From positions 366,814 to 430,813 of the forward strand of contig CAVUFF010000009.1 in the NCBI GenBank assembly GCA_963740655.1: a DNA stretch of 64,000 bases, in the 5' to 3' direction. Below, piece after piece: positions 37,085 through 46,846 of this stretch. Under the pieces are notes generated by a model that ran no database searches, was not told where the DNA came from, and was given only the letters and a program-made list of their open reading frames with translations. This stretch comes from an uncultured Acidobacteriota bacterium (GTDB lineage: Bacteria > Acidobacteriota > Vicinamibacteria > Fen-336). Made by a program: the position numbers and the translations under genes. The stretch's first letter is position 1. The number at the start of each line of letters is the position of its first letter.

Positions 37085-38290
37085 GTGAAGCCGATCTACA
37101 TCGCCGCGTATCACCAGTCGGTGTTCGGAAAGCTGCTGGGTATGAGCGTGCCCGAGATCGTGAAGAGCGCCGTCGTCGAGACGTGCGGCGAGATCCGGAT
37201 CGATCCCGGAGCACTCGACGTCGGCTCGATCGGCGCCACCTGCAACATCTCGCTGAACGAGCAGGGCCTGCTCGCCGGTCTCGTGGCGCAGGTGCCGGGG
37301 CTCGAGGCCAAGCCGATCGAGTCGGTCGAGAACGCCTGCGCCTCGGGCGGCCAGGCCGTGCTGTCGGTGATCCAGAAGCTGCAGTCGGGCCAGGGCGACA
37401 CCGGCATCGCGGTCGGCTACGAGAAGATGCGCGATGCCGAGGGCAAGATGGACGGCAAGCTGATCGGCAAGGTGCTGGGCTACTTCTCGCACCCCGACGA
37501 GCGCCCGGGCAAGGTGTTCGTCTTCCCGCACCTCTTCGCCGAGGTGATGGACTGCTACCTGAAGACCCACGGCTGCCGCGAGGAGGACCTCGCAGTGATC
37601 GCGGTCCAGGAGTACGAGAACGCGAAGCACAACCCGTACGCCCAGATGCGCAACGTGGACCTGACGGTCGAGAAGGCCTGCTCGATCGAGGGCATCAACC
37701 GCTACATCGCCGAGGGGCTGCGGCTCAAGACCTTCGACTGCTCGCAGATCACCGACGGCTACGCCGGGATCGTGCTCGCGACCGAGGAGGGCCTCGGGCA
37801 CCTCGGCGTGAAGAAGCAGGACTGCGTGGAGGTCGCCGGCTGGGGCCAGGCGACCGACCCGCTCAAGAAGGAAGGCCGCGACGTGCTCAAGCCGAAGGGT
37901 GCGTACACGGCGATGAACCGCGCCTATGCGATGGCCGGCCTCACGCCGAAGGACGTCAGCGTCGCCGAGCTCCACGACTGCTTCACGGTGATGGGCGCGA
38001 TCGGCACCGAGGTGATCGGCAAGGCCGAGTACGGCAAGGGGGCGCAGTACTGGGTCGACGGCAAGGCCGCGCCGGACGGCGAGTGCGGCATCAACACCTC
38101 GGGCGGGCTCATCGCCAAGGGCCACCCGATCGGCGCCACCGGCGTCGCGATGATCGGCTGGTGCGCCTGGCAGCTCCAGGGCAAGGTCCCGAAGCAGCTG
38201 CAGGTGCGCAGCCCGCGCGCCGCGGCCACCTTCAACATCGGCGGTCCGATCTGCGCCTCGGTCTGCACGGTGCTGAAGCCCGCCGCCTGA
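37085..38290 (+). CDS. Thiolase-fold protein (SCP-x/nonspecific lipid-transfer type thiolase)
   Basis: Track ORF 37067..38290. GTG at 37085 follows GGAAGGAG. Active-site region VENACASGGQAV, C-terminal GHPIGATGV and NIGGP. Confidence 0.85.
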   Translation: MKPIYIAAYHQSVFGKLLGMSVPEIVKSAVVETCGEIRIDPGALDVGSIGATCNISLNEQGLLAGLVAQVPGLEAKPIESVENACASGGQAVLSVIQKLQSGQGDTGIAVGYEKMRDAEGKMDGKLIGKVLGYFSHPDERPGKVFVFPHLFAEVMDCYLKTHGCREEDLAVIAVQEYENAKHNPYAQMRNVDLTVEKACSIEGINRYIAEGLRLKTFDCSQITDGYAGIVLATEEGLGHLGVKKQDCVEVAGWGQATDPLKKEGRDVLKPKGAYTAMNRAYAMAGLTPKDVSVAELHDCFTVMGAIGTEVIGKAEYGKGAQYWVDGKAAPDGECGINTSGGLIAKGHPIGATGVAMIGWCAWQLQGKVPKQLQVRSPRAAATFNIGGPICASVCTVLKPAA

Positions 38291-38327
38291 ATGCCGCGAC
38301 GCGTCGAATGAAACGGGAGGATCGTCC

Positions 38328-40457
38328 ATGCAGCGTGCCACGCTTGCGTTCCTGCTGGCCATGAGCGCCGCCGTTCCGAGCCGCTCGGAGGAGGCGGCCA
38401 AGGCGTCCGTTCCCGAGGACCGCTTCCTCTGGCTCGAGGACGTGACGGGGCCGAAGTCGCTCGACTGGGCCCGCGCCCGCAACGCCGAGAGCAGCAAGGT
38501 GCTCGTGACGCCGGAGGAGACGGCGCTCGAGAAGCGGATCCTCGACATCCTGGACTCGAAGGAGCGCATCCCCGACGTGCACAAGCTCGGGGCCTACTAC
38601 TACAACCTCTGGCGCGACGCGAAGAACCCGCGCGGCCTCTGGCGCCGCACGACGCTCGACGAGTACCGCAAGCCCGAGCCGGCGTGGCAGACGGTGATCG
38701 ACGTCGACGCGCTGGGCGCGGCGGAGAAGGAGAGCTGGGTCTGGCACGGCGCCAACTGTCTACGGCCCGGCTACAAGCGCTGCCTGGTCTCGCTGTCGCG
38801 CGGCGGCGCCGACGCGAGCGTCGTGCGCGAGTTCGACCTCGAGGCGCGCACGTTCGTGAAGGACGGCTTCTTCCTGCCCGAGGCCAAGAGCCAGGTCGAC
38901 TGGGTGGACGAGAACACGCTGTTCGTCGGAACCAACTTCGGCCCCGGCTCGCTCACCACCTCGGGCTACCCGCGCATCGCGAAGCTGTGGAAGCGCGGCA
39001 CGCCGATCGAGCAGGCCGAGACGGTCTACGAGGGCAAGCCCGAGGACGTGGCGGTCGTCGGCATCCACGACGCGACCCGCGGCTACGAGCGCGACTTCGT
39101 GCAGCGCTCGCCGACCTTCTTCACCGACGAGCTCTACCTGCGGCGCGAGGGCAAGCTCGTGAAGATCGACAAGCCGCTGAGCGCGCGCGCCAACGTGCAC
39201 CGCGACCTGCTGCTGCTCGAGCTGCGCGACGACTGGAGCGTGGGCGGGAAGACTTATCCCGCCGGCGCCCTCGTCGCCGCCGACTTCGAGGCCTTCCTGA
39301 AGGGCGAGCGCCAGCTCGACGTGCTGTTCGAGCCCGGCGAGCGCCGCTCGCTCCAGGGCGTGAGCCCGACGCGGAGCGCGATCCTGGTGAACGAGCTCGA
39401 CAACGTCAAGAACCGCGTCTACGTGCTCTCCCGCAAGGACGGTCGCTGGACGCGCGAGCCCTTGCCGGGCATGCCGGAGTTCGGCACCGTCGCGGCGACG
39501 GCTGTAGACGACGAGGAGTCCGACGACTACTTCCTGACGCTCACCGACTACCTCACGCCCACGAGCCTGTCGCTCGGCAGCGTGGGGCACGGCGCAGCGG
39601 AGAAGCTCAAGCAGCTGCCCGCGTTCTTCGACGCGAGCGGGCTCGTGGTGAGCCAGCACGAGACGGCCTCGCAGGACGGCACGCGCATCCCGTACTTCCA
39701 GGTGTCGCGCAAGGACCTGGCGCTCGACGGCAAGAACCCGACGCTGCTCTACGGCTACGGCGGCTTCGAGGTCTCGATGCTGCCCGACTACCGCGGCGGC
39801 ATCGGCGCCGCATGGCTCGAGAAGGGCGGCGTCTACGTCGTCGCGAACATCCGCGGCGGCGGCGAGTTCGGCCCGCGCTGGCACCAGGCCGCGCTCAAAG
39901 AGAACCGCCACAAGGCGTACGAGGACTTCATCGCGGTCGGCGAGGACCTGATCCGCCGCAAGCTGACCTCGACCCCGCACCTCGGGATCCAGGGCGGCAG
40001 CAACGGCGGGCTGCTGATGGGCAACATGCTCACCATGCGGCCCGATCTCTTCGGTGCGATCGTGTGCCAGGTGCCGCTGCTCGACATGCGCCGCTACCAC
40101 ATGCTGCTGGCCGGGGCGAGCTGGATGGAGGAGTACGGCGACCCCGACGACCCGAAGCAGTGGAGCTTCATCGAGGGCTTCTCGCCCTACCACCAGCTGA
40201 AGGCGGGCGTGACGTACCCGCCGACGCTCTTCACTACCTCGACGCGCGACGACCGCGTCCACCCCGGCCACGCGCGCAAGATGATGGCGCGCATGAGCGA
40301 GATGGGCCAGGACGTCCTCTACTACGAGAACATCGAGGGCGGCCACGGCGGCGCGGCCAACAACCAGCAGGCGGCGCACATGGCGGCGCTCGCCTACACC
40401 TTCCTGTGGCAAAGGCTCGGCCTGCTGCAGCGCACGCCGGAGCCCTCGAAGCAGTAG
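38328..40457 (+). CDS. Prolyl oligopeptidase family (S9A) serine peptidase, secreted
   Basis: RBS GGGAGG. Signal peptide MQRATLAFLLAMSAAVPS. N-terminal LWLEDVTGPKSLDWARARN, nucleophile GIQGGSNGGLLMG, and RDDRVHPGHARK. Confidence 0.9.
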   Translation: MQRATLAFLLAMSAAVPSRSEEAAKASVPEDRFLWLEDVTGPKSLDWARARNAESSKVLVTPEETALEKRILDILDSKERIPDVHKLGAYYYNLWRDAKNPRGLWRRTTLDEYRKPEPAWQTVIDVDALGAAEKESWVWHGANCLRPGYKRCLVSLSRGGADASVVREFDLEARTFVKDGFFLPEAKSQVDWVDENTLFVGTNFGPGSLTTSGYPRIAKLWKRGTPIEQAETVYEGKPEDVAVVGIHDATRGYERDFVQRSPTFFTDELYLRREGKLVKIDKPLSARANVHRDLLLLELRDDWSVGGKTYPAGALVAADFEAFLKGERQLDVLFEPGERRSLQGVSPTRSAILVNELDNVKNRVYVLSRKDGRWTREPLPGMPEFGTVAATAVDDEESDDYFLTLTDYLTPTSLSLGSVGHGAAEKLKQLPAFFDASGLVVSQHETASQDGTRIPYFQVSRKDLALDGKNPTLLYGYGGFEVSMLPDYRGGIGAAWLEKGGVYVVANIRGGGEFGPRWHQAALKENRHKAYEDFIAVGEDLIRRKLTSTPHLGIQGGSNGGLLMGNMLTMRPDLFGAIVCQVPLLDMRRYHMLLAGASWMEEYGDPDDPKQWSFIEGFSPYHQLKAGVTYPPTLFTTSTRDDRVHPGHARKMMARMSEMGQDVLYYENIEGGHGGAANNQQAAHMAALAYTFLWQRLGLLQRTPEPSKQ

Positions 40458-40473
40458 CCGCGCGCGGTCGTTT

Positions 40474-41574
40474 CTAGCGCTCGACCTCGCCAACGGACAG
40501 CGAGACGCGCAGCAGCTCGAAGTCCGCGCTTGCGGCGCGGAGCGCGTGGGGCAGGCCGGCCGGGACGACGAACGCGTCGCCGGGGGCGAGCGCCGCCGGC
40601 TCCCGATCCGGGACGTGAAGCGTCGCGCGGCCCGCCGCGACGAACGAGAAGAGGAGCTCGGCACGGTGGGGATCGAACGCCAGCTCCCCGACGTCCGCCC
40701 CGACCGGCCGAGGCTCGCGGCGTACGACCACGGCCTGCGCGAGCCCGGCGCCGGCCGCTCCGATCCCGAGGTCGCGCGCCTCGAAGCCCGCGGCGCCCCA
40801 CGGCTCGACGCACGCACGCGCCGCCTCGTGGCGCGCGAAGCGCTGGCCGGCGAACGGGCGCTCGGCCCGGAGCACGGGCGTCGGCAGCTCCAGCTCCAGA
40901 TCGGCGAGCGTCTCGTGATCGGCGGGGCTCGACAGCTCGATCACCTCCAGGCCCGGCGAGCACTCGAGCACGCGGTGGCGGATCCCGGGCGGCTGCAGCA
41001 CCCCGTCGCCCCGGACGAGCTCGAAGGGCGGCCCCTGGTCCTCGTACACGACGCGCACCGAGCCTGCGAGGCAGTAGATGAGCTGGAAGCGCACCCGATG
41101 GTAGTGGACGTAGTCCGGCACCGGGCCGCCCTCGGGGATGCGGATGTGCGACGCGATGAAGCGGCCGCCCTGGCGGTCGGGAATCAGGTCGCGGTAGAGC
41201 ATGCCGGCTCGGCCGCTCCCCCACGCGCCGTCGCCGAGCTTCGCCAGCACGAACGCGGGCCGCAGCGCCGGCAGCACCACGGCCGGCGTCGACTCCGCGA
41301 GCTCGATGCGGGTGCCGTTGGGTGCTGCGAGCGTCGTCGCTCCCGCGCTGACCTTTGCGGGGTCGCGGCACAGCAGGCGCAGCGTGCCCGGGGATCCCGC
41401 CGCGCGGCGATCGAGCCGGACGCGCAGGCCGTAGCCCGTGACGACGGCCACGGCAGGGTTGTCGGCCGGGAACACGGCCACCACGCGGAAGCCGAGCCGC
41501 CCGGTGAAGAAGGCGAGCGTCTCGTCGAGCTCGGCACACGGCAGGACGACCTCGGCGGCCTCGATCTCGCCCAA
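40474..41574 (-). CDS. Cupin-domain protein with N-terminal glyoxalase/VOC-like segment
   Basis: Cupin motifs DYVHYHRVRFQLIYCLAGSVRVVYED and GDAFVVPAGLPHAL. Full-length track ORF. Confidence 0.7.
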   Translation of the reverse strand: MGEIEAAEVVLPCAELDETLAFFTGRLGFRVVAVFPADNPAVAVVTGYGLRVRLDRRAAGSPGTLRLLCRDPAKVSAGATTLAAPNGTRIELAESTPAVVLPALRPAFVLAKLGDGAWGSGRAGMLYRDLIPDRQGGRFIASHIRIPEGGPVPDYVHYHRVRFQLIYCLAGSVRVVYEDQGPPFELVRGDGVLQPPGIRHRVLECSPGLEVIELSSPADHETLADLELELPTPVLRAERPFAGQRFARHEAARACVEPWGAAGFEARDLGIGAAGAGLAQAVVVRREPRPVGADVGELAFDPHRAELLFSFVAAGRATLHVPDREPAALAPGDAFVVPAGLPHALRAASADFELLRVSLSVGEVER

Positions 41575-41610
41575 GAGCCTGGATTATGCTTCGGGCGAGG
41601 AGCAGCGGCC

Positions 41611-42690
41611 GTGGGCGAGCGCAAGCAGCGGGGCGTCGGGGCGACGAACCGCGACTACATCGGCTACGAGCAGGTGACCAAGGCCCAGAGCTACCACCTC
41701 GCGGAGGCTGGCCACGACGAGGCCTTCGACGAGGACTACGAGGTCCGCACCCTCGACCTGGGCCGCTTCCTGCGGGGCGACGCGGCCGAGCGGCGCGCGT
41801 TCGCGCGCGAGCTCCACGCCGCGCTCCGCGAGATCGGCTTCGCGATCCTGGTCGGCCACGGGGTAGAGCCCGCCTTCTACGCCGAGGCGGAAGCGGCGCT
41901 GGTCGAGCTCTTCACGGGTGTGAGCCTCGAGGAGAAGCTGCGCTTCCGCGCGCGGCGCCACGGCTCGGTGAACCAGGGCTACTTCCCGATCCAGGAGACG
42001 AGCGAGATCCACCCCGACCTCGTCGAGGGCTGGGTGTTCTGCCGGCGCGCGTTCGACCTCGGCGAGCGGACGGACTGGCGCGCCCTGGACTTCTGGCCGC
42101 GGCCCGCGCTCGAGCCCGTCTTCCGCCGCCTCTGCCTCGCGCACGAGGCGCTGATCCTGCCCGTGATGCAGAGCCTGCTCCTCGGCCTCGGCTGCGACGC
42201 GCACCTCTACGACGGCCGGCTCACGCGCACCAACTTCGGCCAGCGCCTCAACTACTACCCGCCGCTCCGCCCCGAGGACGAGGCCTCGGGCGCGGGGCGC
42301 CTGCTCGGCCACGAGGACGTCGACCTCTTCACGTTCCTGCCGGCGCCGCGGCTTCCGGGGCTCCAGGTGCTGAACCGCGCCAACATGCGGTGGATCCGCC
42401 TCGACGCGCCGCCCGGCTCGATCGTCCTCAACACGGGCGACTACATGCAGCGCATCTCGAACGACCTCCTGCCGTCGACCACGCACCGCGTGAGCCCGCC
42501 GCGCGACCCGGCTCTGCGCCGGCAGCCGCGCGTCTCGTTCCCGATGGCGGTCTACGTCTGGGAGGACGAGCGGCTCGAGGTGCTGCCGGGGCTCGGCGAG
42601 CCGAAGTACCCGAGCGTCAGGGCGATCGAGTTCCACACCCGCACGACCTCCAAGTTCTACGGCGACGACTACGCGGTGAGCTCGTCCTGA
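41611..42690 (+). CDS. 2-oxoglutarate/Fe(II)-dependent oxygenase (isopenicillin N synthase-like)
   Basis: GTG at 41611 lies 9 nt after GAGGAG; it is the terminal part of track ORF 40546..42690. LGHEDVDLFTFL (HxD), STTHRV (distal His) and PRVSFP (Arg-x-Ser). Confidence 0.85.
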   Translation: MGERKQRGVGATNRDYIGYEQVTKAQSYHLAEAGHDEAFDEDYEVRTLDLGRFLRGDAAERRAFARELHAALREIGFAILVGHGVEPAFYAEAEAALVELFTGVSLEEKLRFRARRHGSVNQGYFPIQETSEIHPDLVEGWVFCRRAFDLGERTDWRALDFWPRPALEPVFRRLCLAHEALILPVMQSLLLGLGCDAHLYDGRLTRTNFGQRLNYYPPLRPEDEASGAGRLLGHEDVDLFTFLPAPRLPGLQVLNRANMRWIRLDAPPGSIVLNTGDYMQRISNDLLPSTTHRVSPPRDPALRRQPRVSFPMAVYVWEDERLEVLPGLGEPKYPSVRAIEFHTRTTSKFYGDDYAVSSS

Positions 42691-44012
42691 GCGGGGCGGC
42701 CCTCGCGCCGCACCGCGCCGTGCGCGACCAGGGCCACGACCGCGAGCACCCCTAGCGCGACGGCCGTCGGCACGGGCTGCTGCCAGAGCGCGCCCGCGAG
42801 CAGCAGCGCGTAGACCAGCAGGAACGCGAGCGGCACCGCGGGGTAGAGCGGCACGCGGAAAGGCGCCTCGGGCCGGCGTGCGCGCAGCCGGAAGAGCACC
42901 GGCACCATGAAGCCGTCCGTCGCCAGCACGAGCACGATCGCGAGCGAGAGCAGCCGCTCGAAGGTGCCCGTGACCGCGAGCAGCGCCGAGACGCCACCGA
43001 CCAGGAGCATGGCCGGGGCCGGTGTGCCGCCGCGGTTGACGTGCGCGAGCGCGGCGGGCGCGAGGCCGTCGCGCGAGAGGCCGAACAGCACGCGCGGCGT
43101 CACGAACAGGTTGGCGTTGAGCCCGGCGAGCAGCACGACGAGCGCCAGGGCGTTCACGGCGCCGCCGGCCCTCTGACCGAGCACGGCCGTCACGGCGTCG
43201 CCCGGCACGAGCGTCGAGGCGGCCAGCCGCTCGAACGGCAGCGCGCTCAGGAAGGCTGCGTTCAGCAGCAGGTAGAGCGCGGCGGTCCCGAGCAAGCCGA
43301 CGAGCAGGATCCGTGGCAGCGTGCGCTCCGGATCCTTGACCTCCTCGGCGATCTTGGCGACGTCCGGATAGCCGTAGTAGCTCCAGATCACCGACTGCAG
43401 CGCGACCGCGAGCGCGCCCAGGCTCGCGAGCCCCGCGGGCGCGTCCGCCAGCCGTCCGGACCAGCCCGCGCCCGAGCCGAGGACGACGCCCGCGACGGCG
43501 ACCGCGGCGAGTGCTATGACCTTGGCGCCCGTCGCGAGGTCCTGGCTCCAGCGCCCGGCCTCGACGCCGACGAGGTGGAGCGCCGTGAGAGAGGCGACGA
43601 GCAGCGCGCCTGTCGGCGCCGCGCGCTCGGGCGGCCAGCCGGCGAGCCGGGCGAGGTACTCCCCGCTCACCACGGCGATCGCCGCGATCGCCGCGCAGTA
43701 GATTCCGAGCGCCTCGGTCCAGCCGACGACGAACGCCGCGCGCCGGCCGAACGCCTCGCGCGCGAAGACGTACTTGCCGCCGGCGCTCGGGTGGCGCGTC
43801 GCGAGCTCCGCGAACACGAGCGCGCCGAGCAGGCCGACGAGAGCGCCGAGCGCCCAGGCGACGAAGGTGAGGCCGGGCCGCCCCAGCCGCGCGGCGACGA
43901 CGCCCGGCGTGCGCAGTATCCCCGAGCCGATCATGATGCCGACCACCATCGCGAGCCCGTCGAGCGTGCGCAGCGAGCGGCGCAGGGTCGGGGCGCGGTG
44001 CGGGGTCGTCAT
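42669..44012 (-). CDS. APC-superfamily amino acid permease
   Basis: LDGLAMVVGIMIGSGILRTPG and FAELATRHPSAGGKYVFAREAFG. About 12 TM segments. Confidence 0.9.
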   Translation of the reverse strand: MTTPHRAPTLRRSLRTLDGLAMVVGIMIGSGILRTPGVVAARLGRPGLTFVAWALGALVGLLGALVFAELATRHPSAGGKYVFAREAFGRRAAFVVGWTEALGIYCAAIAAIAVVSGEYLARLAGWPPERAAPTGALLVASLTALHLVGVEAGRWSQDLATGAKVIALAAVAVAGVVLGSGAGWSGRLADAPAGLASLGALAVALQSVIWSYYGYPDVAKIAEEVKDPERTLPRILLVGLLGTAALYLLLNAAFLSALPFERLAASTLVPGDAVTAVLGQRAGGAVNALALVVLLAGLNANLFVTPRVLFGLSRDGLAPAALAHVNRGGTPAPAMLLVGGVSALLAVTGTFERLLSLAIVLVLATDGFMVPVLFRLRARRPEAPFRVPLYPAVPLAFLLVYALLLAGALWQQPVPTAVALGVLAVVALVAHGAVRREGRPAQDELTA

Positions 44013-44028
44013 CCGCCGCGGCCGCGCG

Positions 44029-44931
44029 CTACTCGAGCGCCAGCCGGATCGCCGCTTCGAGCGCAGCCTTGTCCTGCTGGCTCACCAGCTGCTTGACGAT
44101 CGTGCCCTTCGCGTCGACGAAGAAGAAGGTGGGGAAGACACTCACCGAGCCGTAGGCCTCCTGCGCCTCGGGCGTGAGGTGCGCGAGCGTGAAGCCGAGC
44201 CCCAGCTTCTGCGCGTAGGCGAGGCGCTCCTCGTCGCCGTAGGGCAGCTCGAGCACGCGGTCGGCGTTGAGCGCGACGATCCGGAAGCCCTTCGCCGCGT
44301 AGGCGCGGTCGAGCTCGGCCAAGAGCGGCGTCGTCCTGACGCAGGGCGGGCAGCCCGTGAACCAGAAGTAGACGAGGTGCGGCCTGCCGGCGAGCTCCGC
44401 CGAGGCGAGCGGCTTGCCGTCGTAGGTCGTGACGGCGAAGTCGGGCGCGGGGCGGCCCTCCCAGCCCGAGATGGAGCGCTCGAGGAGCTTGCCGAAGCGC
44501 GGGTCGGCGAGCACGCGCTCCACGTCGACGATCTGGATCTCGCCGTTGATGCGGCTGCGCTTGACGAAGCGCGGCATGCGCGGGTCCGACTCCATGATGC
44601 GCAGCATCAGGTCGGCCTCGCCCGGCACCAGGAAGTGGAACTGCTCGGAGATCTCGGCGAGCGTCGGCGGCCGGCCCCTGGCCTTCTGGTGCTGCGCCAG
44701 GAAGAGCGGCAGCTTGAAGAAGGAGTTGAAGAGCCGGTTGAGCGCCGCGCGCTGTGGCTCGCCCGTGAAGACCTCGTTGTAGAGCTGCGAGACCACCACA
44801 CGCTCGCCGGGCTTGACGTGCTGCTTCAGGTACTCGACGACCTCGATCTCGGCGGGCGGAGCCTGGGCCGCGGCCACGGCAACGGCGATGAGAGCGGCGC
44901 GCATCGTCGGCAGCGATTCCTCCTGAAGCAT
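44029..44931 (-). CDS. TlpA-like thiol:disulfide oxidoreductase (thioredoxin fold) with N-terminal extra domain
   Basis: HLVYFWFTGCPPCVRTTP carries the CPPC active site. Signal-like MRAALIAVAVAAAQA begins at the alternative ATG 44904. Confidence 0.8.
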   Translation of the reverse strand: MLQEESLPTMRAALIAVAVAAAQAPPAEIEVVEYLKQHVKPGERVVVSQLYNEVFTGEPQRAALNRLFNSFFKLPLFLAQHQKARGRPPTLAEISEQFHFLVPGEADLMLRIMESDPRMPRFVKRSRINGEIQIVDVERVLADPRFGKLLERSISGWEGRPAPDFAVTTYDGKPLASAELAGRPHLVYFWFTGCPPCVRTTPLLAELDRAYAAKGFRIVALNADRVLELPYGDEERLAYAQKLGLGFTLAHLTPEAQEAYGSVSVFPTFFFVDAKGTIVKQLVSQQDKAALEAAIRLALE

Positions 44932-44984
44932 TCTATCCAGTACGGCGACCCGCCCCGCGTGCCGCCTCTTATACTGGACACGCG

Positions 44985-46618
44985 ATGGCGAGCCGGCCGG
45001 GCATGCTGCGCCGCGCGCGCGGCCTGACCTCCTCCACCTTCTTCGACTCCGAGGAGGGCCGCGCCTTCCTGCAGGAGCGGCTGGCCTTCTACAACAAGGT
45101 CTGCTTCCTGATCTCCGGCAGCTTCTTCCTGGCGAGCCTGGCGCTGACGGCGAGCGGCGTCGCGCCGCCCGAGCGCGTGTCGCGCGGCTTCCAGGAGCGC
45201 GCGGTCGCGCTCCACGCCGCGACGCTCGCGGTGGAGCTCGCCGCCTTCCTGCTCTGCGCGCGCCGGCCGCGGCTGCGGCCAGGGACGCTGCGCGCGGTCG
45301 ACATCGGCGCGCTGTGGCTCGTCTGCGTCGGCTTCGCCCTGCAGGCGGTGAACGCGCTCGGCTCCCCGCGGCTCGAGCCGACCGGCGCCTTCCCGCGCGC
45401 GACGCTGGTGCTGATCCTGACCAACGTGGTGCTCGCGCGCGCGGTCTTCGTCCCGAGCTCCGCGCTCTGGACGGCGGCGGTGAGCGGCGCCTGCGCGCTG
45501 GTGGTGACCACGCTCATCGCGCTCTTCCCGTCGGGCGCGAGCGAGGGCGCGCCCGCGGTCGCGATCTGGTCCGCGATGTGGGCCGCCTGCGCCGTCGTGG
45601 TGGCGACGCTCGCCTCGCGGGTGATCTACGGGCTGCGCCAGGAGGTGCGCGAGGCGCGGCGGCTCGGCCAGTACACGCTCGAGGAGAAGCTCGGCGAGGG
45701 CGGGATGGGCGCCGTCTACCGCGCGCGCCACGCGATGCTGCGCCGGCCGACCGCGATCAAGCTGCTGCGCCCCGACAAGGCGGGCAGCGCCGACACTCGA
45801 GCGCTTCGAGCGCGAGGTGCAGCTCACCGCGCGGCTCGACCCACCCCAACACGGTCGCGATCTTCGACTACGGCCGCACGCCGGACGGCGTCTTCTACTA
45901 CGCGATGGAGTACCTCGACGGCGCCGACCTCGACGCGCTCGTGCGAGAGGACGGCCCGCAGCCGGCCGGGCGCGTGGTCCACGTGCTGCGGCAGGTGGCC
46001 TCGGCGCTCGCGGAGGCGCACGGGATCGGCCTGATCCACCGCGACATCAAGCCCGACAACATCATCCTGTGCGAGCGGGGCGGCATCCCGGACGTGGCGA
46101 AGGTGGTGGACTTCGGCCTGGTCAAGCGACCTCGACGCAGGCCGGATCCGCGCTCTCGCGCGCCGACGTGGTCCAGGGCACGCCGCTCTACATCTCGCCC
46201 GAGGCGATCAGCGCGCCCACGCAGCGTCGACGCGCGCAGCGACCTCTACGCGCTGGGCGCCGTCGCCTACTTCCTGCTGTGCGGCCAGCACGTCTTCGGG
46301 GGCGCGACGCTGGTGGAGGTCTGCGCGCACCACCTGCACACGGCTCCCGCCTCTCCGTCCGAGCGCCTGGGTCGGCCGCTGCCGCCGGCGCTCGAAGCGC
46401 TGGTGCTGTCGTGCCTCGAGAAGGACCCCCAGCGCCGGCCAGCGAGCGCGAGCGCGCTCGAGCGCCGCCTTGCCGAGGTCGCGTCGGCGCTCCCGTGGAG
46501 CGAGGCCGAAGCGCGCGAGTGGTGGGAGCGCTGGCGCGAGCGGCCCGACCTCGCCCACGGCGAGCGGCCGGCGGGCTCGGCCACGCTGTCGGTCTCGCTC
46601 CTCAACCGGCCGAGCTAG
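44985..46618 (+). pseudogene. Hanks-type Ser/Thr kinase with N-terminal polytopic membrane domain, broken by 4 frame changes
   Basis: Frame 0 reads ..LGEGGMGAVYRARHAMLRRPTAIKLLRPDKAGSAD. Frame 1 reads LERFEREVQLTARLD. Frame 2 reads HPNTVAIFDYG..LIHRDIKPDNIIL..VVDFGLVK. Frame 1 reads TSTQAGSALSRADVVQGTPLYISPEAISAPTQ. Frame 2 reads VDARSDLYALGAVAYFLL.. up to the stop at 46618. Confidence 0.8.
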
Positions 46619-46846
46619 GTCCCACGGCCGGCCGAGCTGGACGCGCAAGATGGCTTGACCGCCCGCCGGGCGCGAGCGTACTGTCCACCGAAATTTCGGG
46701 CGAGACCTGGCGAGGCGGAGGGGGATGCGGTTGGGCCTTCAGCGAAGCGTGTGCGCCGTGGTAGCGGGGCCTGTTCGTTCGCATGTTCGCCCGCAGCGAG
46801 GGGCGCACCACCTTCTACCTGCGGACCCGCTTCGCATTCTGACCCG

